Shown here one piece after another: positions 23,291-35,353 of a stretch of 64,000 bases of DNA. This stretch comes from Pachysolen tannophilus NRRL Y-2460 (taxonomy: Eukaryota). Position 1 is the first letter of the stretch; the number at the start of each line of letters is the position of its first letter. Location of the stretch: contig KV454015.1 in the NCBI GenBank assembly GCA_001661245.1, positions 310,001 to 374,000 on the forward strand, written 5' to 3'. The translations under genes and the position numbers were made by a program. The notes beneath the pieces are model-generated. The model saw nothing but the letters and a program-made list of their open reading frames with translations, had not been told where the DNA came from and ran no database searches.

Positions 23291-26200
23291 ATGCCGTATA
23301 CACCACCAGCTGGCAATCATAATATAAGTGACTATCAAAAGATATTATTTAGAAACAAGAACAATCGAAGTAATGAGTCATTTGCCAAGCATCTTGAGGA
23401 GTGTAATGGTAATGGTATAGGGAAGAACGATAAAACGGATAGTGGTCAATTTAAGATGGATTCTGATTTTGATTATTTTACCGGAGCTCTTGATGAAAAT
23501 AAGCCATGTCTTAATGGAAATGGCAATGGGAATGGGAATGGGAATTCCAATAACCAAAAGTTCCAAAGCCTACAAAATTTGCCGAATTTACTGTTTGATC
23601 CACCAAATGCAGCATTTAGACTCACAGACAATAATACCAATAATACCAATGATAACTGTGTGGTTGATAATAGATCAATAAATCCAGTCATGGGCATATC
23701 GAATACGGATTTATCTGAAATTTTGAGATTCCCAAGAGAATCACCTCAAGCTTATTCGTATGCGCAATTGTCTCCAAACTCTTTAGCTTTAAGATTAAAC
23801 GTTTTGAAAAGATCGTTGGAGATAATGATTGAGAGACCAGAATTGTTTTCATCTTTAAGCAGTATTCATCAAGAAAGTGCATCCAAATCAGTTAACAACT
23901 GTAATAATAATAATAATAATAATAATTCATTAAACGGCATAACGGGAGCAGAAATGATAAAATCTCCTACAAGAAATAGCATATCAAACATATACGAAGA
24001 AGATGGGAATACCGTTAAAGTGGAGTCAGGTGCATCGGCAGCTGCTTTATCGGCATTATTTAAACAACATTTACCAAACTACAGTTCGAGACCAGGAACT
24101 CCAACTCCAAGTCGAAAAGTTTCATTAGATAATGGATTTGGAAAATCTGTGGAATCTTTGAATGAAACTACTTATGATTTAAAAGATGTTATTAGACTAT
24201 TGGAGAATAAGCAGATTATAGATGTGCGGAGATCAAATTCTTCAGGAATGGTTAACGAGTTGCATGATTTGTCTCTATCAAATTTGAGAACTGATAATTC
24301 AAGGCAAATTGACTTACAAATAAGATTATTACATGCTTTAGCAACACCATTCCTCGAAAATGTCGTTTCATCTACCCAATCGCAATCATCTAATGCTCGT
24401 CGTCAGTTATACTCTTCAAGCACATCTACTTTAGCTTTATCATCTCTACAACAACAGCAACAACAATTACAAGAGAATCTGAGCATGCAGTCACCAACTA
24501 ATCTTTACTTTCATTCAATGTCAACAAATAAAAAGACAACACCACAAGCCATTTTTACTTGTGAAGTCAAAGATCCTTGGACCATGAAAGCCGCAAACGA
24601 TATGGCTTGTCTTATGTTTGGAGTTTCTAAATCATCGTTAAAGTCATTTAGACTAATGGATTTGATAGCGCCAAGATCAAGAGATTTTGTTAGATCAAAA
24701 TTGTTGAACCATAGAGGAAATCAAGTTTTCACAGGTGAAATAGTAGCCATTGCAAGACCAGATAATGCAATGGCTTGGACCTCCTTATGGGCTAAAATAA
24801 AGAACGATTTGATTATTCTTATCTTTGATCAAGTTCCGTGTGATTCGATTGATATAGTCATGGAAAGAAAGAAAGGATCTATCTCATATGTGATTAAGTC
24901 CTATATTGAAAAATCGGGTGATTCTTTATTTCATGCGGAAGAAGTCTGTGGTAAAAATGTTGGTGAAATTATTAATTGCATTGACAAAGATATAGAAGAA
25001 TTGGAATCCGGTGTGGGATGTCCATTTCTGAATAGTAATGTTGTATCATCTAAGATAAAGGAAACAAGATATTACACACTTTCTGTAAATGATATTGCTA
25101 TTCCGTCTGTCATAACGTCAATTACCTTAGATGATGGTTACGATACAGAATCATCTTTGGTGAAATTGAATATACATGCTTTACATTATATGGCAGGTAC
25201 ATTTGTTATATCGTCCAGAGATTTTTCTATTTTGTCTTATAATTCAGCAATCGCTAAAAACTTGTTTGGCCATGGGGAATTATCAAACAAATCAATAGAT
25301 CACTTATTACCAAATTTTTCAGCATTATTGAATGAAGCTTTGGCAAGAGAACCAAGCTTAAAAGATCAATGCGGTTTGGTATTACCAGAACATTTTTTCA
25401 GAAAATTATCGGCTCAAATATCAAGTGGATTTGACGAAACAAAAGCTGAGTATTTATTTTTGAATTCAAATGGTATTGACGGTTTGCATAGAGATGGAAA
25501 AATCTTTAAAGTTGACGTTCAACTTAGGGTCTGCAACAGTCAATCATTTGTAGTTTGGATCACCTACTCTAGAAGCGTCAGTGCTAAATCTTCTAAAAAT
25601 GATAACCAGCGATCGGAAAAACCTCGAATTCACTTCGATAATGTTGTGGGTGGTAGAAGTAATTTTTCAGATATAGGAGAAGACTGTGCAAGACAGAACA
25701 TTAATGGTCGACAAACTGATCGAGAAATTGACTTACCTTCTCAGATGGACTTATTTCCAGAGAATGACAACGAAATAGCCTCTTGTGGGTCATCGAATGA
25801 TGCACTAAGTAGAAGTAATAGCACAAAATTGGAAGATATACACAAGCCAAATACTTCATTTGATTTGAAAATAGAAAAATTAAAACACAGGCATTTATCA
25901 TCATCAGATTCTTCAACTACTACTTCTTTAAATAAAGCTTTATCGTCTTTGAAAGTCACACCGAATTATAATCGCAGGGTGCCATCTTTGTCAAATTCTA
26001 CAACCAGCAGTGATCAGTCTGTTGGTTCTACAAGATTATCTCCTTCCAGTTCAAGTGATGCGGTTGCAACAACTAAAAGTATGGTATTATCCAATATTGA
26101 GCACAGTAATAAACAGCAACAACAACAGCAACAACAACGTGATATGAAATTGGTTGAATTAAATGGAAAAATTTGTCCAATTTACAACGAATCAGAGTTA

Positions 26201-27175
26201 TTGGAGATGGAAAATGAAGAGCTTAAATCTATCAAATCAAAATCGTCCTTATGGCCAAAAGAAGTAGGTCTCAAAAGAAGGGAAAAGAAATTATCAGATT
26301 TTGTTATATTGAAGAATATGGGTGAAGGTGCTTATGGTAAAGTAGTTCAAGCTCAACATAAAGATGATCCTTTTTATAAACTAATTATCAAATGTATCGT
26401 TAAAGAAAGAATTTTAGTTGATACTTGGGTGAGAGATAGAAAATTAGGTACAGTACCCTCAGAAATTCAAATAATGGTAACTTTAAACCACAACCCTCAC
26501 CCTAATATTATGAGAATAGTAGATTTTTTTGAAGACCAGCAGTACTACTATTTGGAAATTCCACAGCATGGAGATCCACCAGCAATTGACTTGTTTGACC
26601 TCATTGAAATCCATTCATCAATGATTGAACTTGAGTGTCGTTACATCTTTAGACAAATTGTTAGTGCTATGAACCATTTACATAAGAATGGTGTTGTTCA
26701 CAGGGATGTAAAGGATGAAAATATAATTGTTGATACAAAAGGAATAGTTAAGTTGATTGATTTTGGTTCTGCAGCCTATGTTAAAAATGGTCCATTTGAT
26801 GTCTTTGTTGGTACTATTGATTATGCTGCACCAGAAGTTTTGAATGGTAAACCATACGAAGGTAAACCTCAAGATGTCTGGGCTACCGGTGTTTTGTTGT
26901 ATACATTACTCTATAAAGAGAATCCATTCTATAATGTTGATGAGATTATGGAAGGAGAATTGAGGATACCGTATGTGGTTAGTGAAGGTGCAACTAGTTT
27001 GATCAAAAAAATCTTGAACAGAGACATTGAGAAAAGACCAACAATGCAAGAAATTCTAGAACATGAATGGTTAATTTCAGTAAAATTATATAACGCCTTT
27101 CCTTTTCTTCCCATTACTTTTTTTTTTTTTTTTTTTTCATGTGTTTTCTTTTTGTTTAATTTCATTTGTTCATAA
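23291..27175 (+). CDS. PSK1: PAS domain Ser/Thr kinase (Psk1/Psk2); the C-terminal ~30 aa are doubtful
   Basis: LSPNSLALRLNVLKRSLEI, PAS-like AANDMACLMFG, kinase GEGAYGKV, KERILVDTWVRDRKLGT, HRDVKDEN, DFGSA and GTIDYAAPE. Confidence 0.92.
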   Translation: MPYTPPAGNHNISDYQKILFRNKNNRSNESFAKHLEECNGNGIGKNDKTDSGQFKMDSDFDYFTGALDENKPCLNGNGNGNGNGNSNNQKFQSLQNLPNLLFDPPNAAFRLTDNNTNNTNDNCVVDNRSINPVMGISNTDLSEILRFPRESPQAYSYAQLSPNSLALRLNVLKRSLEIMIERPELFSSLSSIHQESASKSVNNCNNNNNNNNSLNGITGAEMIKSPTRNSISNIYEEDGNTVKVESGASAAALSALFKQHLPNYSSRPGTPTPSRKVSLDNGFGKSVESLNETTYDLKDVIRLLENKQIIDVRRSNSSGMVNELHDLSLSNLRTDNSRQIDLQIRLLHALATPFLENVVSSTQSQSSNARRQLYSSSTSTLALSSLQQQQQQLQENLSMQSPTNLYFHSMSTNKKTTPQAIFTCEVKDPWTMKAANDMACLMFGVSKSSLKSFRLMDLIAPRSRDFVRSKLLNHRGNQVFTGEIVAIARPDNAMAWTSLWAKIKNDLIILIFDQVPCDSIDIVMERKKGSISYVIKSYIEKSGDSLFHAEEVCGKNVGEIINCIDKDIEELESGVGCPFLNSNVVSSKIKETRYYTLSVNDIAIPSVITSITLDDGYDTESSLVKLNIHALHYMAGTFVISSRDFSILSYNSAIAKNLFGHGELSNKSIDHLLPNFSALLNEALAREPSLKDQCGLVLPEHFFRKLSAQISSGFDETKAEYLFLNSNGIDGLHRDGKIFKVDVQLRVCNSQSFVVWITYSRSVSAKSSKNDNQRSEKPRIHFDNVVGGRSNFSDIGEDCARQNINGRQTDREIDLPSQMDLFPENDNEIASCGSSNDALSRSNSTKLEDIHKPNTSFDLKIEKLKHRHLSSSDSSTTTSLNKALSSLKVTPNYNRRVPSLSNSTTSSDQSVGSTRLSPSSSSDAVATTKSMVLSNIEHSNKQQQQQQQQRDMKLVELNGKICPIYNESELLEMENEELKSIKSKSSLWPKEVGLKRREKKLSDFVILKNMGEGAYGKVVQAQHKDDPFYKLIIKCIVKERILVDTWVRDRKLGTVPSEIQIMVTLNHNPHPNIMRIVDFFEDQQYYYLEIPQHGDPPAIDLFDLIEIHSSMIELECRYIFRQIVSAMNHLHKNGVVHRDVKDENIIVDTKGIVKLIDFGSAAYVKNGPFDVFVGTIDYAAPEVLNGKPYEGKPQDVWATGVLLYTLLYKENPFYNVDEIMEGELRIPYVVSEGATSLIKKILNRDIEKRPTMQEILEHEWLISVKLYNAFPFLPITFFFFFFSCVFFLFNFICS

Positions 27176-30100
27176 TCTTTACATTAATAATTTCACAAAT
27201 CTGTCTAGGTTTTAGGATATTTTCATCAATTTTTTATTATTATTATTATTATTACTTCAGTTGAGGATTTAAAATTTAGGTCATGAAAAGGTTTTCTCCA
27301 TTGCAATCAATCTCTTTTTGTTTCAAATAGCAAATCATATATTCAAATTCTTTTTTATTTTTTTTTTTTTTTGGGAACATATTCTTCTTCTTTAAGTTTT
27401 AAGAGTTAAAGAATCAGGAGTAAACTTGCTTTTTTCGATATTTGTGTTTAGTTATTAGGGATTATTCTTGATCATTAGTGAAATAATTGTATATTCAAAA
27501 AGCTTTATCGACATGGGTTAGCTACATATTTTCTTGATTGCTCTATGTGAGTAAGTAGGTAGTAGTGAGTTTAAAAAGCATTTCATTACAATTAATATAT
27601 AGTACATAATAATAATAATAATAATAATAATAATAGTATTGAATCACTTCTATCACTTTATTACATGAAAAGTTAATATTGTTACTCAAGATGAATTCTT
27701 TTACATGGCATTACTTGATCTAAGATTTAATGTTGAAGTAGCTGTGTTATTGAGCAGATCTTAAATTGAAACCTACAGAATTAGGAGCAGCAGCTATTTA
27801 GAAGTTCAGGCAGGTAGTAAGTAAGTAAATCATAGACATGTGTAGTATTATTTAATTTGTCTAAAACTTTTCCTTGAATGAAAAAAATTTAGACCATTCA
27901 GCAGTTGGACAAAGCTTATATTTGGCTATAATTGTGATTTATGACTTTTTTCTGATTTTAATTTACTAGAATAGGGTTGTTGAGTTATGCAAGCATCGAC
28001 AAGGGTCTTTAAAAATTTTTTGTTTTTTGTTTTGTTTTATTGTTTTTAAACGATTTACAATTGATATATCAACTGCTAATTGGGTACTTACTTTCCATTA
28101 CCATAGAAGAGGAGAAAAAAAGGTCTGAATGGGTCCGAAAGTAATTTTCTAGTATTCACTTTATTATGAACGGTAAAGTCAATTAAATTTTTGTTACGTC
28201 GAAATCATAGGTAAGTGTATGTAACAGAGTTTGACAGTACAGAAAAATATTTGCAAGGTACTTATGTTTAATACTGCAAAAATTAAGATGAGGCAGCAAA
28301 CAACCCGACAAAAGTATATTAAAATATTTTTTATCTTATTTTTTATTCATATTACAGATGACAGGTACAGATTGAAGATGATTTATAATTAGTAAAAAAA
28401 AAAAGGTATGATGTACTTTATTAATAAATCTGTAATCTTAAGATTCTTGGTACTAATGATAATTATATCACTTAAAAAATTGAAAAAAAAAATTTTTTTT
28501 TTTCAACCGTTTAATTAGTTAAAAATATATTGAGCTAAGTTGTAAATGAACTTGTTAATTATTGAATCTCTACCATGTCTTAATTCGCGTTATTCACCTG
28601 AAATACGTAATGGGAAAAAATGAAGGAGAAGCCATTACATGGATTAAAGAAATTTCAGCCTTAACGCGTATAAATACAAATATTATGAAAATTGATCTGC
28701 GCTGCATGAATGCATATTGATATGCAATTTAACTTGATGATGTAAATCTTTTTATGATCCATGAATAATACCCTAGAAACAATACTACCGATATCCTAAA
28801 TAGGTAGGATCTAATCAAGATTTACTCTTTTCTAGATTTATCTTTTCGACGAAAATTCAATTTTTGTAATATGAGCCATTTTTTTGAATTAGTTTATTTC
28901 AAAGAAGGGAAAGTGAAAGAGTTAGAAAGAGAAAAAAAGTTTACAAATAATTAAAGATTCCTTGCAATGAAAACTAAGCATAAATAAAACTATCTTTAGT
29001 ACTAATTATAGTATTATTTATCTGTCTATTATTATTATTATTATTATTATTATTTTTTTTAGTCTACATAACTGCTTTGTATCGATCTGACACGTTCACT
29101 ATTATAACTAGCACATTAGAATTCTACTAAGCTTGTCTCGTATTAACAATTGTATGCCAGCAGCTTATCTCGACTGAATCTTACTTTTCAGATCTCATCT
29201 TTCTGTATAATAAGGCGTAGCTTAAGTACTATAATTATCAAAAACATAAACTAAAAGGGTACAAACGTAACAAATAATAATGTGGCCTATATTTTTATTT
29301 ATCTTTTGATGACGACTTTTAAGAAACTCAACATCTAATTACCTAATTTAATTCAATTTACGTACTGCTTACAGATAGATAAAGAGAGAGAAAGAAAAAA
29401 AAATAAAATTAAAAATAAAAATAATTGAAGAACCCTAGTAAGTAAACAAAGCAGTGACAATCTAGAAATGAATTTCAGCTTACTTCAGCAAAAAGAAAAC
29501 AAAAAAGACCCCGACAATCAACTTGAACTTGATTGGAATATTACGGCTTATTTGGTCAAAAATACCAGGGAAAACAAAACAGTCGTGTAAACCGAGATTT
29601 AAATTCATGGTATTATTGATTTACATGCATTATTTTGCATACGCATGAATGCATATGCATAAACAATAATTTACAAACAGGTTCGTACTACGACGTAAAG
29701 GGGTTATATCAGAATGTATTTTACACCATTTTTGGAACCTAAAGTACCTTGATCGATCTTTTCCTTGTTCCTTTTGAATTATTAGAAAAGTAAAAATGCA
29801 CTCAATCGAAGATCTTCTTTGCTTTTTTCGAAAATGATAAAAGAAAAATACCTAGACGGGCAAGCATGGTTAGTTTGAAACCTGAATGAATGAATAATCC
29901 CATACCTTTCTATATCCATAGTTTTGTTGATGGTATAAATATAAAACCTTAACTCTTTCCTCTTTTTTAGTTTTTGGTTACAATTTTTGTTTCTTAACTC
30001 GCTAAAATAAAACAAAAAAAAAAGAGAGACTAAGACTAATAAGAAGAAACTTCTCAAGAAAGAAATATAGACTGTGTTACCCAAATATTTAGATTAGATT

Positions 30101-30202
30101 CAAGTTTAATTTTTAATTTTAATATTTTTATTAGAGAAGTTTGTTTTTGTTTTTTTTCCCTTTTTTTTTTAATTTGTTTTTCATAATAATTAATTATTGA
30201 AG

Positions 30203-31165
30203 ATGAAGTATTCCGTTTTAGTGTTTTCCTTATTACAAACTTTGAGTTTCACCAGCGCTGCTGCTGTTGCAGCTGGTGCAGGTGTCGATATTAGTGTTGG
30301 AGACATTGGTATTGATCTTACTGTTGGACTGGATACAGTCACAGTTACAGACGATGTGACCGTCACTGATGATGTTACCGTTACTGATTCTGTCACAGTT
30401 ACAGATTCAGTTACAGTTACGGATTCAGTTACTACTACTGATTTCCCAACAACTGCAACACCAACAACTGCAACACCAACAACTGTAGCTCCAACAACTG
30501 ACGTTCCAACTACTCAAGTTCCAACTACTGATGTTCCAACTACTGATGTTCCAACTACTGATGTTCCAACTACTGATGTTCCAACTACTGATGTTCCAAC
30601 AACTGACGTTCCAACTACTGATGTTCCAACTACTGATGTTCCAACTACTGATACTCCAACAACTCAAGCTCCAGCACCACCAGTCACCGTAACTACTACT
30701 TTGACTCATCATTTCCCAACTCCACCAGGATTGACTACTAGAAGTCCAATTATTCCTTTTACTTCCTACTTCAATTCTTCATCAGTGGCACCAACAACCT
30801 CATCATCACCAGTTCCACTCCCTGACACTACAACTACTAATCCAGGAGGTCCAATTGAACCTACAACATCTACTAACCCAGGTGGTCCAATTGAACCTAC
30901 TACAACTTCTCCGGATACAGGTTTCCCAACTACAACTTTAACTACTCCAGGAGCAACATTTGATACTACTACATCAGCTGCAGTTGCAATTGGTTTCCAA
31001 TGTGGTGGTTTCGGATTTGATGGTAGCACTGATTGTGTTAGTTCAGCTACTTGTAGTACTTTGGACCCATACTATGCTCAATGTGTTGAGACATCTATTG
31101 CTGATCTCGGTATTCCACCAAGATGGATCCGTAGACGTGGGGAAATTGCAAATGCTTTGTTCTAA
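30203..31165 (+). CDS. Secreted Thr/Pro-rich repeat (mucin-like) protein with a C-terminal CBM1 cellulose-binding module
   Basis: Signal peptide MKYSVLVFSLLQTLSFTSAAA; VTVTD[D/S], PTTDV and TNPGGPIEPT repeats; QCGGFGFDGSTDCVSSATCSTLDPYYAQC has the CBM1 cysteine spacing. Confidence 0.85.
   Translation: MKYSVLVFSLLQTLSFTSAAAVAAGAGVDISVGDIGIDLTVGLDTVTVTDDVTVTDDVTVTDSVTVTDSVTVTDSVTTTDFPTTATPTTATPTTVAPTTDVPTTQVPTTDVPTTDVPTTDVPTTDVPTTDVPTTDVPTTDVPTTDVPTTDTPTTQAPAPPVTVTTTLTHHFPTPPGLTTRSPIIPFTSYFNSSSVAPTTSSSPVPLPDTTTTNPGGPIEPTTSTNPGGPIEPTTTSPDTGFPTTTLTTPGATFDTTTSAAVAIGFQCGGFGFDGSTDCVSSATCSTLDPYYAQCVETSIADLGIPPRWIRRRGEIANALF
30337..30667 (+). repeat. Intragenic minisatellites: 18-nt (VTVTDD/S) units followed by 15-nt (ccaactactgatgtt, PTTDV) units
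   Basis: Near-identical tandem units read directly in DNA and protein. Confidence 0.9.
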
Positions 31166-32282
31166 AGTGTTTTTACTTTACTACTACTAAGATTATTACA
31201 ATCAAATTTTAAGTTTTCAATTTCTTTATATACATTGGCAAAATTGATATTATTTCAGTTTTTTGTTTAATGACTACTGGGAAAAATTTCATGGTTCATG
31301 ATTACAATTTTATTCAATTTATCAAATGTTAACGTTCACATGATGATATTATTCCAATCAATTTTTCAAATGATTTTTATTCATTCTTATTTGGAACAAT
31401 TATTCAATATAATGTTCCATTTTTAATTCAGTTCTATCATTTCTTTCTTTTTTTTTCTTTTTAACTACAGAAAAGAATTTTTAGATTCAGATCCACCCTT
31501 ACTTTTCACTTCTTCTTAATTACTTGTATTTCTTCTATTTCATATCAATTTCTGGCATTTTATTTTTTTTTTAAAAAGAATTTAGATAATACGGTTCGTA
31601 TTTTTCTTTTCTTTGCTTTCAACAACATTTTCACATCAACTTTTATTATTATTTTACTTGATTCCAAAAAAATTTTCGTGCCCATTGATTATCAATTAAT
31701 CGGAAGGCTTGATTTCATGACTTCTGATGTTGCTGCTATTCTTCTTTTCAATTAGTTTATAAATTTTTCTTTTTAACTGGATTCTTCTTTTGAAGCATTA
31801 ATTTTTTTAAAAAAAGCTTTATCTTTATATATTCAGGCTTGCTTATGTACATGCATATATATATATATATGTATTTAAAGCATACCTCTTACTTTTGATA
31901 AGTACGGGACGGGTTAATTTATACAATTTGCAAATTGCTATAATGATTAGTAGATGTAGATTTTGTAAAATTTCAAAACAAATTCTAGAAAGTGGCAAAG
32001 TTATATTCAAGTCTAAAAGTAGTAAACTTCTCTTATTTAGATAGAATTAAAAGTAAAAATGAAATTAAAATGAAATTAAAAGAAAATTAGGGTATAATAG
32101 AAACAAAAATGAAACAAAAATGAAAAAAAAAAAAAAAAAAAAATGATGCTAATAACAATATAGCAAGATCAAGGAATAATTAAAACCTAATTAAAACCTT
32201 ATTAAAAGTAAAGTAAAGTAAAATGAAAAAGAAAAAATAAAAAATTAACACACAAATATATATATATATATATTATACTGGT

Positions 32283-33269
32283 TCATGGTAATCCTTTGGC
32301 AGCTCTTTCCCAATTTTTATGAATAATCCAACCAGCATTGATAACTTTAATCAAATCTTTCAAATTCATTGGATTTCTTAATGTTTTATTTTTAAGAACC
32401 AAATTATTATACACTATTGAATAATCTTTTGTAGAGACAACATGTTTTAATTCTTGTTCGGCAAGTTTTTTCTGTAATTTCAATTTCCCATTAACAGTTG
32501 AATTTTCTGGTGAAGGAATTAACCATTGTTTATTTTGAATTTCCCATAATTGTTCCCCTAAGATAAATGGATCATTACCGTTCTGTCTCCGTAATTCCTC
32601 AGCTTTCTCAAAGATATCTATATTTCTAATATCATTATTTTTAGAAAACTCACTAGGAGATTCTTGCTGTTGTTGTTGCTGCTGCTGCAGTGTTGTTAGT
32701 ATAGTTGTTGTTGTTGGTGGTGGTGGTGGTGGCATACCCAACTCCAGAGTCTGGTCAAGTAATTCAGATGGTATCGAAGACGAATCTGTATCACAAAAAA
32801 TCTCTCTTTCAATTTCGTCCGATGAAAGAACTTCGTCGGATATAAATCTTAATCTTGTTAAAAATAGTGAAAGATTAAAAGAAATCCTTATAAATAGATT
32901 CTTAATCCTTCTTGCAAGTGTCTTTTCTGAATTTGTTTCTTGAATATTATTATTATTATTATTATTTTTGATATTATTATTATTGGTATTACTATTTGCT
33001 AAAAGTGGGGGTTGTGTTTGTCTTGTGATATCTCGCCCAGAATTTTGTAAAATATTTTGATTATTATGATGTATTTGTGAGTTGATATTTCCAGTACCTA
33101 TCACAGAACTCTTGGCTGATACCACCGGAGCGACTGTAGTTTTACTATTATTGATTGGTGTATTATTATTACTTGTTGATGATGGTGATGTCAATTTTTC
33201 TCGATCTTCACTTTTCAATGTTATCTCTTCCTCCGTAGTAACCCTTGGTAAACTATTCACTGTTGCCAT
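32283..33269 (-). CDS. DUF4050 / YLR407W-like protein
   Basis: C-terminal GEQLWE....W ... VYNNLV..NKTLRNPMNLKDLIKVINAGW..W motif; near RPL31/DUS4 as YLR407W is in S. cerevisiae; ATG (MATVN) at 33269. Confidence 0.65.
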   Translation of the reverse strand: MATVNSLPRVTTEEEITLKSEDREKLTSPSSTSNNNTPINNSKTTVAPVVSAKSSVIGTGNINSQIHHNNQNILQNSGRDITRQTQPPLLANSNTNNNNIKNNNNNNNIQETNSEKTLARRIKNLFIRISFNLSLFLTRLRFISDEVLSSDEIEREIFCDTDSSSIPSELLDQTLELGMPPPPPPTTTTILTTLQQQQQQQQESPSEFSKNNDIRNIDIFEKAEELRRQNGNDPFILGEQLWEIQNKQWLIPSPENSTVNGKLKLQKKLAEQELKHVVSTKDYSIVYNNLVLKNKTLRNPMNLKDLIKVINAGWIIHKNWERAAKGLP

Positions 33270-33917
33270 ATTAATTTTATACAAGTTTTCCTTTTTCCTC
33301 AAACAAACAAAAAAAAAAATTAAGGAGAATAGAAGGTCAAAGGAATATGGAATCAAAACTTATCTCTCTCTTGTTTTAAAATATTGAATCTTAATTCAAA
33401 GTAAAAAATTTTCTCTTAAAATTTTACTTTTTTTTTCTTTCTTTTTTTTTTATATATTTTTATTTTTCCCCCAAATTAAACTAAATTCAAATATATATAT
33501 ATAAATATAAATATATATAAATATTTATAAAAAAATAAATAATAAAACACAAGAGAAATAATTCCTATATTCCTATCTTCCTCTCCTCTAAATAAAAATC
33601 CTAAATATTAAAAAAATCTTATTGTATTAAAACCTTTTTATATTAATAGATTTGATAAGATCAATACAAAGAAAAGATAGTGATGTAGATGACCTTGTTC
33701 TAGAGGTTTGTTTTCTTACAAAGAACGGCTAAAAAGAAAAGAATTGGTACTAATTCAAACGACTTTTGTTTTTTGAGTATATTCAAGATTCAACAAAACA
33801 ACGACGTTAATCGATTTAGTTACAAAAAAAACAAAAAAGTGTATGAAGATATCTATATAATGCGTAGTTACCAGCCATCCCACCTTCGCTTATAAAGGTA
33901 CGGATTCTCTTTTTCAT

Positions 33918-35316
33918 TCATTCATCGATTGTGGTGTTGTTGGTTGCATTGTGCATGCTGACTTCAGCAATAGTTGTGTCATCATTTTTAGTAATATCCT
34001 GGATTATAGTATCATCTGGATGATGAGATCGAGATTGGTAGTCTCTGTAAATCTTGCTAGGATCAGACATCATAGAAACTGTCTTTGTTGGCTTTGTATC
34101 TGATATTTCCTTCCAATCTTTGGATTGTGCATTATCATTTGTTAATTTTTTCTTATCTCCAATTTTAATACTATTTGTTTTACCAAATGCATTTTTTTCA
34201 AATGTCCAAGAACCTAATGAAGAATTTTTTTTATCAATTGTGTTAATAGACAGAGGTAATTTATCTCTCAAGATTTTATCATCTTCTTCCATTTTTTTAC
34301 GAATTAATGCCACATCAGCTAAAAAATCTTTTTTAACTGTACCAACATTTGTATCTTTAAAACTATCATTAAAATTACACCATTTCACATTATATATGGA
34401 AATTGATGCACCATCATGATTTGAAAGCCAACTTCTAGAATTATAGTTATTTCTATAAGAACCTTGATATTTTTGTAAAGCTGGTAATATGATTAAAGTA
34501 ACAATTAAATCACCTTCTGTTGTTGGATTTTCTTCATTATCAAAAGGTAACAAATTTTGAATTGATTTTAAATTATCAAGATTCCCCGGTGTTGAAGATA
34601 TAATTTCAGATTTATCAATAATATTTTTAAAATTTTTAAACGGAGATTCAGAAGGTATAACACCACAATGGTATAATATAGAAACAATATCTGAATCATC
34701 AGTATATATATCTGTTCCCCAAATACTTCTTTTAAAAACATTTTCATTATTTAAAATAGCATGATAAGGAATTTTAATATCTACCAAACAATTAATATAA
34801 TTTTTCAAATAAGGTGGAAGTAAAGAAATAATCTTGGAAGGTTTATTCTTCAACTCTTTTTCATGCTTTATTAAATATTCTTGATAATCCAATTCATCTT
34901 CTTTAACTCTTCGTTCATCTTCTTTTGTCAATCTTAAATTTCTAACCACAGTATCTCTAGTTGGAAATTGTTGATATATTATTGAACCAAGATGCTTCCT
35001 AGGAAACAAATTTGCATCTTCCAAGACAGATTTATTATTGATAATAGTTTTAGGTTTTTTGAAAGGAACAGGATTTAAATCCTTAGTACTAATATCTATA
35101 TCAGCAACTCTTTTCCAATAAACTGGGGTCTCTGCAGATTGAGATCTATGACGCAGATGACTCGACAGTCCACCTGGACGAGAATAGTGGCGATGGTGGT
35201 GATGATGGTGATGATGGTAATGTATAGGCGGCCGCTCTTGTTCTTTGTTTTGAACTTGTAATTGATACTCTGCAGCCAGCAGTAGCTGTTCCAGTTGTTG
35301 CAGCTGCAGCAGCTGC

Positions 35317-35353
<37 letters not shown>

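Noticed and set aside
27176..30202. Centromere or LTR/transposon remnant
   Set aside because: No CDE elements, long inverted repeats, TG...CA direct repeats or transposase/gag-pol fragments seen.
30480..30660. CRISPR-like regular repeats
   Set aside because: Contiguous coding tandem repeats with no spacers, in a eukaryotic gene.
30425..30712. Antisense ORF with SSWNI repeats
   Set aside because: Shadow of the PTTDV minisatellite on the opposite strand.
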